Shown piece by piece: positions 27,550 to 42,291 of a stretch of DNA of 64,000 bases. The translations under genes and the position numbers were made by a program. The notes beneath the pieces were generated by a model. It saw nothing but the letters and a program-made list of their open reading frames with translations, was not told where the DNA came from and made no database searches. Every line of letters starts with the position of its first letter. Positions within the stretch are counted from its first letter, which is position 1. Source of the DNA: Octopus bimaculoides (taxonomy: Eukaryota); NCBI RefSeq assembly GCF_001194135.2, contig NC_068981.1, forward strand, positions 147,205,182-147,269,181, written 5' to 3'.

Positions 27550-28790
27550 TCATCATCATCATCATTTAACATCCGTTGTCCATGCTGGCACAGGCTGGAT
27601 GGTTTGACCAGGACTGGCAACCTGGAACGCTGCACCAGACCCCAGTCTGTTTTGGCATGGTTTCTACAGCTGGATGCCCTTCCTAAGTCCAACCACTTTG
27701 AGAGTGTAATAGGTGCTTTTATGTGCCACTAGCACGGTTGCCATTTGTGTGATACCTGTGTCTGCCATGGGTCTTCTTCTCAAGCATAGCATAATGTCAA
27801 ATGGACTTAGTCATTGTCTCAGTGAGGCTCAACACTTGAAGCCCAGCATAATGCCAAATGGTCTCAGTCCTTGCCTCCATAAGGCCCAACACTCAAAAGG
27901 TGCTTTTACATGCTACCAGCATGTGTGCAATTTGCGTGACACTGGTATCTGCTATGACTGTGATTTTACTGGGTTTGACAGGTCTTCTTCTCAAGTACAA
28001 CATAATGCCAAAGGTCTCAGTCATTGCCTCTGTGAGGCCCAACATTCAAAAGGAGCTCAACTGCTTTTCCTCCGTGAGGCTCAATACTTGGAAGGTGCTT
28101 TTTATGTGCCACCTGTATGGGTGCTGGTTAAATGACACCAGCATCAGCCATGACTGCAATTTCACTTGGCTTGATGGGTCTTCTCAAGCACAGCATATCA
28201 CCAAATGTCTCAGTCACTAGTCATTGCCTCTGTGAGGCCCAAAATTCGGAAATCATGCTTCACCATCATATCGTCGTATGTCTTCCTAGGTCTACCTCTA
28301 CCACAGGTTCCCTCCACAGTTACGGATCAACACTTCTTTACACAGCTGTCCTCGTCTATACGTATCACATGACCATACCAGTGCAGTTTTCTCTCTTGCA
28401 CACCACATCTGATGTCTCTTGTGCCTAACTTTTCTCTCAAGATGCTTACACTCTGTCAAATGTGCACACTGACATTGCACATCCAGCAAAGCATACTGGC
28501 TTCATTTCTTTCAAGCCTACGCATGTGCTTGGCCGTCACAGCCCATGTTTCACTGTCATGTAGCATAACTGTTCACACACAGGCATCATACAATATGCCT
28601 TTCACTCTGAGAGAGAGGCTCTTTGTTGCCAGTAGAGGTAGGAGCTCTCTAAACTTTGCCCAGCCTAATCTTATTTTGGTAGCTATGCTCTTGGAGCATC
28701 CATCTCTGCTACTAACTTGATCACCTAGGTAACGGAAGCTATCTACTACCTCTAGCTTACCACCCCCATGGCAGTTGATGGAATCTAACA
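27550..28790 (-). mobile_element. RTE-clade LINE 3' portion with repeated 3' UTR
   Basis: KLEVVDSFRYLGDQVSS...IRLGWAKFRELLPLL...MLHDSETW...GRGRPRKT, followed by the common TTAGGAAGGGCATCC...(GAT)n 3' tail. Confidence 0.85.
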
Positions 28791-30134
28791 AAATGAAGTT
28801 CTTGATATATTTACAAAATATGAAAAGATTTTTAATTCTAAAAAATGTTTTAAAAATATATTGATAGTCCTAATGAATTAAGTAGTTTCAACCTTTATTT
28901 CAGCTCTCCAGGCTCTAATACGGTAGTATCGTAGTGATATTACCATACTCTGATATTAATGTTGGTTATCAGTATTTATTTCTAATCTATTTTTAGAACG
29001 AAAATCTTTATAAAATTTTCTTTTCCTTTCTACATTCTTCTTTCTTAGTTTGAAAAGGAGAAATATTTTAACCCTTTAGCATTCAGATTATCTCAAATAT
29101 AATGCATATTTATTCCCATAGTTTTCAATTAATCATGCATTATCTTGTAGCTTTGAGATTTCAATGATGTGACTTATTTTTAGAATGACATTGCAAGGTA
29201 AGAGTGAAAAACCATATCTAGCCATTTGGACACAAAACAGGTAGAATATTTGGGCCAGATATGGTTGGTTTAATTTTCACTCGACAAATGTCAAGATATT
29301 CACTACATGGAATATACCTAATAGATTAATCCCTGTGTTGTTTACTTGGTTCATTTTGTTCCTGTGTGACTGATTATAATTCTCATTGCACTGTAAGCAT
29401 GTTATGCAGTAAATCAAACTTTTTTTTAATTGCAATTCATATTTTCATCAACTCTGAATACCTTTCCATTCTTGATTTAATTAGTTCACTCTGTTCAATA
29501 AAATCACATATCCCACAAAGAGGGTCTTCACATAATTTCCTTTTGATGTAAATCTGCCATTTGTTAAGAGACTTTTAAGATTAGGTGACAGTCTCTAACT
29601 GAATAATTTGTGACTTACACTCAGATTTGATCATTGGAGAAGGATTGAAAAATATCATTTAGTGGAATCTAAAACATTGTGGTTCGGGAATTGTAACTAC
29701 ATATAGAATATTACCAATTGTGTCCTTCTCTTCACTGCTAAAGTTTCTTCTTAAATCAGGAATTAAGATTAGTTTTGCATTATTCATGAATTCTTCCTGA
29801 TATGGTTGTCTCTCGATGAACATTTTAATTTCTTCGTTTTCTCTGTCTATTTGAATATCTAACTATGTCACATATCACTTTCCTGTTTACAGGATATTTA
29901 TTTTAGTATGGAATGAATGGCAAGATCTAAAATCTAATTCCTGACAACAATGAGCACAAAAGCTATCCTTATTTTTATAACACTTGTGATGGGATTTTTA
30001 GAATCAAAGAAAATAAATGACATCCAGTTTAAGATTATTTTTCACAAAAATTGATAACTCATTAAAAGCAAAATTGTAAAAAATACTTTGAAGTCTGTGT
30101 TATATTTTGGAATATAAGTGAGCAAAAGGAGCAC

Positions 30135-30439
30135 TCCATCGGTTACGAGGGTCCCAGCTGATACGATCAACGGAACAGCTTGCTCGTGAAATTAACGTGT
30201 AAGTGACTGAGCAATCCACAGACACGTGTACCTCTAACGTAGTTCTCAGGGAGACTCAGCGTGACAAGGCCGGCCCTTTGAAATACAGGTACTACTCATT
30301 TTTACCAGCTGAGCGGACTGGAGCAACGTGAAATAAAGTGTCTTGCTCAAGGACACAACGTGTCACCGGGAATTGAACTCACGTGTGAAGTGAAGGCGCG
30401 TGGCTTAGTGGTTAGGGCATTCGGCTCACAATCGTAAGG
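30135..30439. mobile_element. SINE family C copy with an inverted 5' head
   Basis: Body 30135-30383 on minus; tRNA-like head about 30385-30439 on plus. Co-linear family members at about 180-350 (+) and 5850-6130 (-). Confidence 0.75.
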
Positions 30440-32349
30440 AATACAAGTAAGGAAGAACTTAAAAGATTTCACAAATGGGTCAAAAATATTCATGAATCAA
30501 TTAGTGAGCCATAAAACTTTTCTTGCCTTAATTATAAACTCCAAGTTTAAAAAAAGAAATATAAAAAAGTTACAATTCAAGTTTACCCCACAATGTTTGT
30601 CTTTCATGCTGGCATGGAGTGGGTGGCTTAACAGAAACTAGGGAGTTGCAAGGCTGCATCAAGCTCCAATGTCAGCTTTGGCATAGTTTCTACTGCTAGA
30701 AGCCCTTCCCAATGCCTACCACTTTACAGTATGAACAGGGTGCTTTTCTCATGCCACCAGCTCTTGTGAGACTAAGTAACTTGTAAGACAGGAAAAGGAG
30801 AAAGCTTCCTTGTTTAAGTGGGCAAGTATTAGAAAAGGGGGAGAGATGGCTTTATGCCAGGTGTTAGGCGGTTAAAGTATGATAGAGGGACAAGCACTGG
30901 TGTCTTGTACATAGAATTAAATAAGCACAACTGGACTATACTGAAGTGAGCTTCTACCAGCATAAAAATAAGTGGGGGTTTTTTTTATTTGCCATAACTT
31001 GTAGGCTTCTTATGGTTGGAGAAAAATTAAAGCATAACTGGAAAATTTAGTATTTTGATATCTAAATACATCTATTACATAAAGAGCTGAAGATGTAACC
31101 TTGATATCATAGGAGTCATGAAAAGCAGAAACTAAAGCAACAATAAACTAAGTTAATAAAGAGATTATCTTTACAAAACTTACAGCTGTATCAAAATTTA
31201 ACAAAAATCTTGAATTACAGTTAGAAGTTAGAGAGGGATTTACAAATTAAAAGGTAACAAGGAAAGAATGAGTATTGCTTGATTAATATTAGCTGATATG
31301 CCAAGGTAAGTAATAATACATCTTTAGAGAAATACAAACTGTAAGCTCTATCGACTATTTTAATACAGAAAATATTTCGAATGTTTTTTGTCTTTTTCTG
31401 AATACCTGGTGATTGAAATTAAAAAAAAAAAAAAAGATACTCTACTTGCCATTTCAATTTATTAATCTAACTGACTTTTCCCATATTTGCTCACATACAT
31501 ACTCCATTTTTATGATAATTTTTTCATGCTAACATAGGTTAGACAGCAGTGTCTCACTCCTAAACGAGACACCTCATCATCTGATACGTACTACAGAGAA
31601 AACATCCAATCTTTGTAATTCTGTATCACACATTTTTAGATGAACCAGATGCATTTTTATCAACTGACACTTAGTGAAGTTGTCTGGTACAGGTGGGAAG
31701 ATCTTAGTTATCAAGGACAGCCAAATGTTACCTTTATGTAATTTTATATTACAATTGATCATGTTTTGAAACTTTTCAACTTTAAAATATATGCTAGTCA
31801 TTTCTTAAGTTTTATTTTTAGACTGTAGCAATATTTTCAAACAAGATTTAAACTTCAGAATCCAGCATTTCACTGTAATTTGGATTACATACAAGCAACC
31901 TATAAGAAAATGAGGAATCAGAGAAATTTTACTGTCTAATTGTATACTGAAGTAAATCACTGTATTATTTGAACCAACAAAAGCCTTTACATGGTTGTTA
32001 GGCCAACTAGAAATAGCAGGCTCCTATATTAAGGTACTGATTCTAAAATACTTATAAACATCTCTTTGGCCTCCATCTGTTAGTGACCCATTACCTACCA
32101 GTGATCTCATGAGATCACTTAAAAATTACAAATTCATAATTATCTGTCAATATTTACACATATCTAACCTTTTTGCTATATCTATTAGGTATATTTCTCT
32201 GATATTCAAATGAGTTTTGCTAATTTTTCACCCAATACCTCGCTTATTTCTATTAAAAATGTTATTTTGATCATTCCAGCGTGTTTCTAAGGCTGTTTTA
32301 TGCTAGAAATTAAAGTTTCATAAAAAAATTCCAGTTAATAGAATTATGG

Positions 32350-32800
32350 GAGGTAATGGGTTAATGACCATGGATGAAGGTTCTAGTTGTCCACCCTACA
32401 GGTCTCTGCCACACTTGTGGGCTGTTCCAGCACTGTTTGGGATGTATCAGTTCTTTTTTTCTAATACAAGGTATTCAATAGAATTCAAGCCTGGGCAATA
32501 TAGTACAGAGAACAGATCGTTGCCAAAGTGTTGTGTTCCCCTCTTCACATCATTGATGGATCCAAAAGAACAGCACAACCATTACAATTTGGTACCAACA
32601 CCATCATAGGAACTGCTAGAATGAAGTTCTAGACAACATTGAATTGTTCAGATTCCTAATTTTTCCTCGGGGTTTACTCCCAAAACCTTTTCTCATGGCT
32701 GGGTATGGCCGCAAAGCAGTGGAGTTTTGAAATAAAGGTTTTCCTTCACCTTGATGGGTTATCCCCTACCCAAATTGTTAATTAACCCACACCTGGAACC
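32350..32800 (-). mobile_element. Degenerate RTE fragment (5' UTR-like part plus RT piece)
   Basis: Minus-strand frames give DVKRG and TLATICSLYYI, recalling the RTE VKQGCVLAPTLF region; 5' part GGTAGGGGATAACCCATCAAGGTGAAGGAAAACC. Confidence 0.5.
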
Positions 32801-33568
32801 CTGATAGATGCTACTACTCCCAGTCAGAATAGACCTGGGAACAATAGTGGCTAAGAGATGGTTTCATACCCCTCAAAATCTGAGGATGCAGTTTAAAGTT
32901 TACTAAAATTAAAAGACAGGTAAATACTGCAAAGTGTTTCATCCAGTATTCTACAAAATCTGCCAGGTTTATCACTCTCTCTAGACCAAATATATTTTTT
33001 TTAAATGCTGAAATATAAAATATCACAGAGAAAAAAAATATTTTGTCATGCTCTACATACTCCTTCACCAGCAAATTCACAAATTAAATAGTAAATCATA
33101 TTTTATTATTAGTATTTCTTTTTTAACTTGACAAACAAATAAATGAGAACAAATATGACTTTTTTTCCTTCCAAATTGATTTTTCTTTTATAGATCACAG
33201 TTTCAGCAATAAAAATACATCTTTTGACAATTGTCTGGTTAGGTTTTGTTCAATATAGATGTAACTTGATACTGTCCAAGTTTACATAAATTAATGAAGT
33301 AGAGAGGGGAATTATTTATTAGGGGTGAGTTAAAGTTTACTTATGAATGTAGAAAGAAAGAATTAGTTAGGTATGTATAGGAGAGTGTATATGCACTTTG
33401 TAAAGGGAAGTATGTATAAATGTACAGGAATGTTTTTGTGTGATTGGTGTGCAAAAATGTATAACAAGTACTGATGACCCAATGAGATTGTTACTTAAGA
33501 ACAGATAATAGTTGTTTAGTTGAACTGGTAAATCACATTTACTAAGTTTTATAAAATTCCATTGCAAA

Positions 33569-33667
<99 letters not shown>

Positions 33668-33697
33668 TAACATTCATGTATGTGTAAATACACATAA

Positions 33698-33743
<46 letters not shown>

Positions 33744-34286
33744 GTATGTCTATACATACACACACATATATATATGTATGTATGCATGCATATATATATA
33801 TGTGTATATGTATGTATTATATATACACACACGTATGCATATATCAGGCACAAATGTATATACATCTTTATACCAATTCACAAATACAAAGCAACATAAA
33901 AACATATTTGTTATAACTGATCTCAAATGAAAAAAGATTGTAATAATTTAAGAAAAAAAACTATTACAAGAAAGTTTAAAAAAAAAAAAACAAAAAAAAA
34001 CTCTTCAAAATAGAAATATTGAGTATTCTTCAAGAACTGCTACTTTTGTTTTGAAAATGGTGGGACATACTGATACTAATGATGATTCAGCATGCCAAAG
34101 AGTCAAAAGAACTTATTTCTGTTGGTCTTTAAATGTGTGCACGTTAAGTATGTTATATAACAATTAACACCAATTAGGTTTCTAAGAAATTTCCTGATAA
34201 AATTATATTTTTTGAATAGCACCAAGAACATCACGTTTCAAAAAGCTGCTGTAAAATCTGATTGGGTGAGATAGAGAGACAGAGAG

Positions 34287-34332
<46 letters not shown>

Positions 34333-35374
34333 TAATAATAATAAATCACATCTAACACCATAACAAAATCACAAAAAGAAAAACAACTTCCAAATTAAAA
34401 TTTGGTTGTAAGAAGTCAGGAAAAGAAAGACAGAGACATAAACATAAAAATAGAGATGTGTGAAGACAGAAAAACATATTTGGAGAAAGACAGAAACAAG
34501 GAATGGAAGAGCTGCCAGCTACAGGCACAGCGAGCAACTGTTAAGGATTTCTAAACACAAAGTCCAGTTTAATAATGAAACTAAATTTCTTTCCATAATT
34601 GAAACAGTTAATCTAACACAGAATAAAGCCAATGAAGTGTTAATTCAGTTACCTTTATGTACACACTTATATTCATGCATGCAAACATATGAGTTTGCAA
34701 ACACACACACACATACTTCTATATATATATATATACACAAACACACACACACATATATATATATACATACACGCACACACACACAAACATATTTTACATA
34801 CTATATGCACTTAACTGTCAGTTTGACAAAGGGAAGATACTGCAATCACTGGATGTGTCTGCCTGGATCTGAAACACCTTGAAAATATGAGGCAGTGGAG
34901 GAGCCATATTCAATCATACTCACATACACATATCTGCATCCAAACACACACAAATATATATCTAAAATATATATATACCCTCATTATCCTTTAACATCCA
35001 CTTTTGTATGCTTGCAAGGGTCAGACAGAATTTGTTGAGGCAGGCTTTCTATGCCTCGATGGTCTCACTGCAGCCAACCCTCACCTGTTACCAAGCAAAC
35101 TAATATTTCCCCATGGCTAGACATGTTTTTCATGGAAGACTAGAAACAAATAACACTACCTGTATGCCAGTGATGCCTATTTACAACCATCACATGATTT
35201 CAAGACAAGGGTACACACATGCATATATATATACACACATATATATATAATGTGTCTCCTTCAGTTTCCATATACTAAATCAATTGACAGTTTTGGTTGG
35301 CCCAAGGCTATATATATAAATATATATATAGTCTTGGGCCAGTGTACATACATACATATATGTATACATACATA

Positions 35375-35446
<72 letters not shown>

Positions 35447-35729
35447 NNNNNNNNNNNNNNNNNNNNNNNNNNNNNNNNNNNNNNNNNNNNNNNNNNNNNN
35501 NNNNNNNNNNNNNNNNNNNNNNNNNNNNNNNNNNNNNNNNNNNNNNNNNNNNNNNNNNNNNNNNNNNNNNNNNNNNNNNNNNNNNNNNNNNNNNNNNNNN
35601 NNNNNNNNNNNNNNNNNNNNNNNNNNNNNNNNNNNNNNNNNNNNNNNNNNNNNNNNNNNNNNNNNNNNNNNNNNNNNNNNNNNNNNNNNNNNNNNNNNNN
35701 NNNNNNNNNNNNNNNNNNNNNNNNNNNNN

Positions 35730-35784
<55 letters not shown>

Positions 35785-37696
35785 TCACACACATATATAC
35801 ATATGTTATGTCTGTATATAAACACACACACACATGTATGGGCACACATTTTATAATGACTGAGAAGACAAAGGGTCTCTAGCACTAGGGATAGGGAGTT
35901 ATTCTTACATTGAAAACCTGGCAGAAATGCATGCACCAGAATGGATTCTGACAAAGAACACAATGACCAAATGATGGTGCTAAACCGGGCAGATAGATTA
36001 TCCACGCATACACTATATACACACACAAACATATATACATATGTACATATGCATATCTATGCCAGTCGCCTTGAATGTAAAATAAAAAATTTAAAAAGAA
36101 CAGGTCAGACTATCAATAGAGCTTAGCTAAATTTATGAGTACATGAACATGAATTACTATTGTATGTATTGAGTACATTTATCTCTCATTTGTTTACCAA
36201 AATGAATAAATATATTACACACATATACATTTAAGCATACATATATATATATATATANNNNNNNNNNNNNNNNNNNNNNNNNNNNNNNNNNNNNNNNNNN
36301 NNNNNNNNNNNNNNNNNNNNNNNNNNNNNNNNNNNNNNNNNNNNATATAATGTACAAATGTATTATGAAAAAAATTTGTAATCCAGTTACAACCAGCTAG
36401 TAATTACAGCTGAAGATTGATGCACATACATACATGCACACACACATACAAACACAAACGTGTAAAAATAACTGTTTCTACAGTTTACTAGAATGAAACT
36501 AGTGAAAAAATATGGTGGGAAAAGGTTTGTTTGTGTTTTTTTTTCAAACATAATTACTGAAATTTTGTATTTTAAAAATAGAGAAACTCAATAAGATATT
36601 TTAAAAAAAAAAAGTTGTGGGTTCTAGAATTTATAAATTTGAGTAAGAAAATATTACTGTCCTATACATACAGAGGTGAGTCAATAAATAGGTAGTATGT
36701 CTTATGACATAAATACATACATACATAGGTATGTATATACATAGACACAAACACACTTGGAAGTGAATGTAATCTTCATGGGGGCTTATGCTTGGGCTAC
36801 CTTGTAGACTACAACATACTGAAATTGTCACATTCTATCATTCAAAATTTTCAGTGGAAATATTTGCTATGTCTTTTATGCTTTAATTTGGTTGGCCCTT
36901 TTTGCCTCAAAGTTAAAATTGTCAGTGTCTATGTTAGAAAGGAAAGTATTTTAAATACAGAATCAATTTTAGTTGGGCAATAAACAATATATATTCTAGT
37001 TGGTATAAGATTTTAACAGAAACAAAACAGTCAACTAATCTATGTGGGATTATATATATGTATAAAAAAAAAAAATTTTTTTTTTTAAATGAAAAGAAGA
37101 TAGGGTTTCCCTGAATTTTTAGCATCACAGACAATTTGGAAACTTATGACATGATCAATGCAATAAGACAAAAAGAGATGATACTATGCTTGAGTCTGAC
37201 TTATTCATCAAACAACGAAGAAACCCAAACTACAGCCATCCATTCTGTTGTAATGTGGTAAGAACACATAGCAAATGGTTTGAAGTATTTTGAGTAGCAG
37301 ACAGAAAGTGACAAGTTAAATATAATTATCAGTTGGTAGTCCAGATATTGTGTACATGACATGATTATTCTTCTCACAAATTAATACATATCCACAATGT
37401 AATTATAAAATCCTGGTTCTTTATCAACCCACCCGCATAAGTATACATACATACATATTTTTATATATACATATATATAGATAGATATTCTGTAAGAAGC
37501 CTGCAAAACTTTAAGTTGCATAGAGCCAAATCAAACTGTTTTGAATAATAACATATATATATATGTTTATATATACATATTTATATACATATATATATGT
37601 TTACATGAATGTATATATATATACATATTTATATGTATGTATATATGTGTGTACATATACATATAAATGTAGATACACACACACACACACACATAC

Positions 37697-37755
<59 letters not shown>

Positions 37756-37761
<6 letters not shown>

Positions 37762-38626
37762 GGCACCCAAAAGAAACTGGAATTTTGCAATCTTATTTTA
37801 TTCACCTAATTTTATATGTTTACTCATTTATCTCCTTGAAAGCATTCTCCATTTGAAGCAATGCCTCAGTCCAGGCATGTTTTCCGCTATACGAAGCATT
37901 GCTGGAACTCTTGTGAAGAGATGTCTTTTACCGCCGCCATTATATTTTTCTTCCCCTCTTCTACATCTGCAAATTCCATAGCATCAGTTCTCCTCACCAG
38001 TGATGACCTTTGAAAAAATGTCCAGATCAACTTCCAGCTGTTCTTTCAGTTCACGACACACGTTCAGTCATGACTGCTTTTGATCTTCCATGAGCAAGCG
38101 AAGCACAAATTTTGCTGCAACTTTTTTCATTCACAATTACTCACTCGAAATTCGTTGGCAGGAGCTCCAGGATACTCCAGTCATATCAACAAGTTCGTCA
38201 ATTGTTTAGTGACGGCCCTCCAAGATCACTTCATGAATTTTCCTGATGCTTTCATTCGTCCGGGAGGTTCACAGTCATCCTGAACAAGGTTGGTCTTCAA
38301 GCAACAAGTAACCATCCCTGAAGCATGGAAACCACCCGTAAACTTGTGTTTTGCTCATGGCAATGTCCTTGTAAGCTGTCTCAGCCACTGTTTTCCCCAG
38401 CAGGAAACAGAATTACATGGAAGTGCACTGTTCCTTCATTTCAGCCATTGCAAAAATCAAGCACTGCAAAACAAAGACACACCATGTGGCAGTATGGTCT
38501 AATTGGATGCCACCAGTCAACAGACTGATGCCTGAGGGTCACAAGTGGCTTCTAGCAGCAGAAACCTGAACTACAACACGTTTGTCCCACAGAGAATGTT
38601 TCCGGTTACTTTTGGGTACCCCTTCA
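37756..38626 (-). mobile_element. Non-autonomous Tc1/mariner element
   Basis: TIRs TGATGGGGCACCCAAAAGAAACTGGAA and (rc) TGAAGGGGTACCCAAAAGTAACCGGAA, flanked by TA; transposase C-terminal relic KDISSQEFQQCF..K..LD..IASNGECFQ. Confidence 0.8.
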
Positions 38627-39424
38627 TATATATATNNNNNNNNNNNNNNNNNNNNNNNNNNNNNNNNNNNNNNNNNNNNNNNNNNNNNNNNNNNNNNNNN
38701 NNNNNNNNNNNNNNNNNNNNNNNNNNNNNNNNNNNNNNNNNNNNNNNNNNNNNNNNNNNNNNNNNNNNNNNNNNNNNNNNNNNNNNNNNNNNNNNNNNNN
38801 NNNNNNNNNNNNNNNNNNNNNNNNNNNNNNNNNNNNNNNNNNNNNNNNNNNNNNNNNNNNNNNNNNNNNNNNNNNNNNNNNNNNNNNNNNNNNNNNNNNN
38901 NNNNNNNNNNNNNNNNNNNNNNNNNNNNNNNNNNNTATGTATATCTATGCAAGTAATATACAGTATTGTCACTTTTCGGCATATGTTGTATATAATGATG
39001 CCAAGGCAGGAAAAGTAGAAAGAAACTCATAGAGTCCCTTCCTTTTACAGCTGAACTTTTTCACTTTTCATTGTTTGTTTGTTTTTTTTGCCATTTTTCT
39101 TCTTTTTTTACAGAAAGAGATAACAAATTAAAACTTTTATGAAAGGAGCATGAGAAATGCAGAACATACAAGGTAGGGTATTTAAAGAGAATTAGCCTAA
39201 CATTTTTCTTATCTTTTCGAATGTTTGATAAAATATAAACATTCCATTCTTTTAATTATTTAAAATTATTTAAGAGTTTCCTTTGTCTTTTTCACTAAAA
39301 AAAAAAAAAAATTGTGAGGAATGGGTGTCTTTCCATTTTTTTTAAAATTTCAAATATATCATCATCATCTTCATCATCCTCATCACCTGATTAAAGATCA
39401 ATGGGGAAAGTGAGGAAGTATACA

Positions 39425-39430
39425 TTTATT
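39425..39430 (-). terminator. Possible proximal polyadenylation signal of PPP6C
   Basis: AATAAA about 22 nt after the stop codon; the hexamer is common in AT-rich DNA. Confidence 0.25.
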
Positions 39431-39451
39431 TACACATTCATGAAAAATTTG

Positions 39452-39642
39452 TCAGAGAAAATAGGGGGTAGTTGATCGAGTAGGGATGACTCTCTCGTTG
39501 TCTGGGACAGCATCAAACAACATGGCTTCCTTGTTATTGCAGTCTGTAAATGATAGCACTGCCGCCACATTGCCACATCGGTAGCAATAATTTGGAGCAG
39601 ACCAGACAGTCACCAATTTCTCATCAAACATGTACCGGTAAC
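39452..39642 (-). CDS. PPP6C: PP6 catalytic subunit terminal coding exon
   Basis: 191 nt, (G)[67 protein letters not shown] motif and C-terminal TPYFL; the sequence fits PP6 better than PP2A or PP4. Confidence 0.96.
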
Positions 39643-39879
39643 CTGAGGAAAGAAATGTAAAAAAAAAAACAAATATATATAAGACATCTTGAAAATAAAG
39701 TAAACTTGAAATAGAAACAGGATCAATTTGAAACAAAACTAAATGGAAGATGAATTCAAAGAATTAAAAATTGTTAAAGAGCACCAGAATTCCAATTCAT
39801 TTTCTTTTTAATAAGAGTACTGTTTTAGAAATGTGTCAGCTCAGGGTTCTCATCACAGACTGATGTGACTTGCTACAGG

Positions 39880-40110
39880 TACCATGTAATCCAGTACTAA
39901 TTGTTCCATGGTTAAGCAGTCAGCAACTAAAACAGCCACCCCACCCCCCCACTTGAGTAGCTTGCTACTCTTGTGAGAAGGGTGTCTGGACACTTGGAGG
40001 GACTAAAATCAAGGGTCTGTCAAAGGGTGGCTGAGCCCCTTGCAGACCAGTTGGGGAAGGCAATGGCAAACCACCCGAATATCTCTGCCAAGAAAACACT
40101 ATGAGAGAGT
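39880..40110 (+). mobile_element. RTE/BovB-like 5' UTR fragment
   Basis: Contains GGGGAAGGCAATGGCAAACCACCCGAATATCTCTGCCAAGAAAAC, similar to the BovB/Bov-A core GGAGAAGGAAATGGCAACCCACTCCAGTATTCTTGCC as recalled. Confidence 0.55.
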
Positions 40111-42233
40111 GAAAACAAAGTAATGCTATGGATTCATCCAATGGGAGAACTTGAGCTTAATCAGGATGACTTTTGTTGTAGTGTCATCAACATGCTGCAA
40201 GGTGTACAATAAATCATGACAACAACTGTTTTAAAAAGAAAACAATATTGTTTTTGTAGTCCATCAGGAGAATCATTGTACCAATAACAAACACACACAC
40301 ACACACTAGTTCTATTCCACTATGTTATTATTAGTCAACTAGTAAACCAAATATCTGGAAAACCAAATACAAAAAAAAAACAATATCTTTATTTAGAATT
40401 AGCAATGAACAGATTTATGAAGTAAATATATTTATCTGCTTTTTTTTTTTCTTTCTTAATTTCTTTACAGCTGATCTCCTTTTTTTTTCACTTAGCTAGG
40501 ATGAGTTCGATTCTAATCAATGCAGCTTTGTGTTTGAGGATACATAACCATATCAAATAGTTTGAACAAAAGTCAGTTAAAAATTGTAATTTGACAATGG
40601 GTAAAATAATTTACCTAACTACTTAACTAAATTCAGTCTTTGTCTAAATGTTTACATTAGAAACTTCTGGTTTCTCAAAGCCTTCACCACTGCTCACTAC
40701 TTAGTCCTTAATCAGATCAACATGCTAGATCTTAAATTAATTTGTTGACAACACAACTTCTCACTACTCTTTCAATTTCATACTTTATCTTCCTTCCAAG
40801 TGCTTCACTTATCATACATATATATTTCAACATATCTTTCAATAATAAACTGACAATGAAATATTATTAATCATCATCATCATTTAACATCCGTTGTCCA
40901 TGCTGGCAAGCTGGAAGGCTGTACCAGACTCCAGTCTGATTTGGCATAGTTTCTATGGCTGGATGCCCTTCCTAACACCAACCACTCCGAGAGTGTAATG
41001 GGTACTTTTACGTGCCACCAGCACGGGTGCCATTTGCATGACACTGGCATCAGCCACAACTGTGATTTTGCTCGGCTTGGTGGGATTTCTTCTCAAGCAC
41101 GATGTAATGCCAAAGGTCTCAATCATTGTCTCTGTGAGGCCCAACATTCAAAAGGAGCTCAGCCACTTTGCCTCTGTGAGGCCCAATGCTTGAAAGGTGC
41201 TTTTTACATGCCACTGGCACACCTACTTTATTCAAAATCAATCCTTCAGCTCACAAAGCCTTTCAAATCATACCTTATTGTCTTAAAAAAAAGTATACAT
41301 GGGACAGTGATATGCAAAATTACAAAATGGTCAAAGCTGAGTGTTTTGGATTATAAGCCTGCTAATCTGGAGCAAAATGTCGTTATCATCCTTGTCAAAA
41401 TAGTCTCACTCCACCATATGCCTACTGCAGCAATCTTACAGAAATTAAAATTCAAGACTAACATGGTCTGGTTATATATGGATTGTTTTGCAATATACAT
41501 TTAGTTATAATGACCAATGCTGAAAGGTTCTCTGGAGCTATCATCACATAATCAAACAACATTCTGAGGTGCTTCTGTGTGGTCACTCAACTTGTTAGAA
41601 ATAGCAGCTAAATTTTCCACAAATAACATCCTACAATCTTTAAAAATAAAATCAATATATTTGATAATATAGTACTACATACAGTTTGCCTAAACAAAAA
41701 AGGGTCTGCTTGGTCAGGGTTAAACAACTATAGCAAGAAATCTATAGGAAATCAGTGAAGGGATCCACAATTTATTACTAGATAATAAGTAGTTAAAAAA
41801 TATTTGAGAGCCCTACAACAGATAATGTAGTGTGAATCAGATGTATCAAAAAGATCCTAATATGTAACTTAACATCTAAACAAGCTGACTTAAACAGATT
41901 TTATTTAATGAACTACTTATAATATATTTTATCAACCCTAGTCTCTGAAGTGAAGAAAACAAGAATCTCTCTGTAAGAATTGTATAAAAATTTCTTATTC
42001 TAGCAGAGCATAAAAAGTTCATCAGTGCCACTGAACTAAGAGATTGTGTACTTGAAAATCCCCAGCTGTGACTTGAAACAGAAAACAGATGAACAAAGTT
42101 CTATTGTCTTTATAGCACTACAGCAACAACATTAAAGTTGCTTTATTTTGTAGATTATTCTTTCTCAAAATGAAATTCTTTTAATATTTATGTAACACAC
42201 TTCAAAAAACATTTTATAAAGCTTAAGACTTAC

Positions 42234-42291
42234 CTTCATGTACTAATTGATGAGCCCGACATATTAATTTTAAATTATTGATATGAACAAA
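42234..42291 (-). CDS. PPP6C: PP6 catalytic subunit exon
   Basis: 58 nt, FVHINNLKLICRAHQLVHE(G) with the RAHQ motif; AG/GTAAGT. Confidence 0.96.

Noticed and set aside
39845-39950. Possible HDV-like ribozyme at the RTE 5' end (CAACTAA-AACAG motif)
   Set aside because: Could not build P1, P3/L3 and P1.1 consistently; too degenerate to call by eye.
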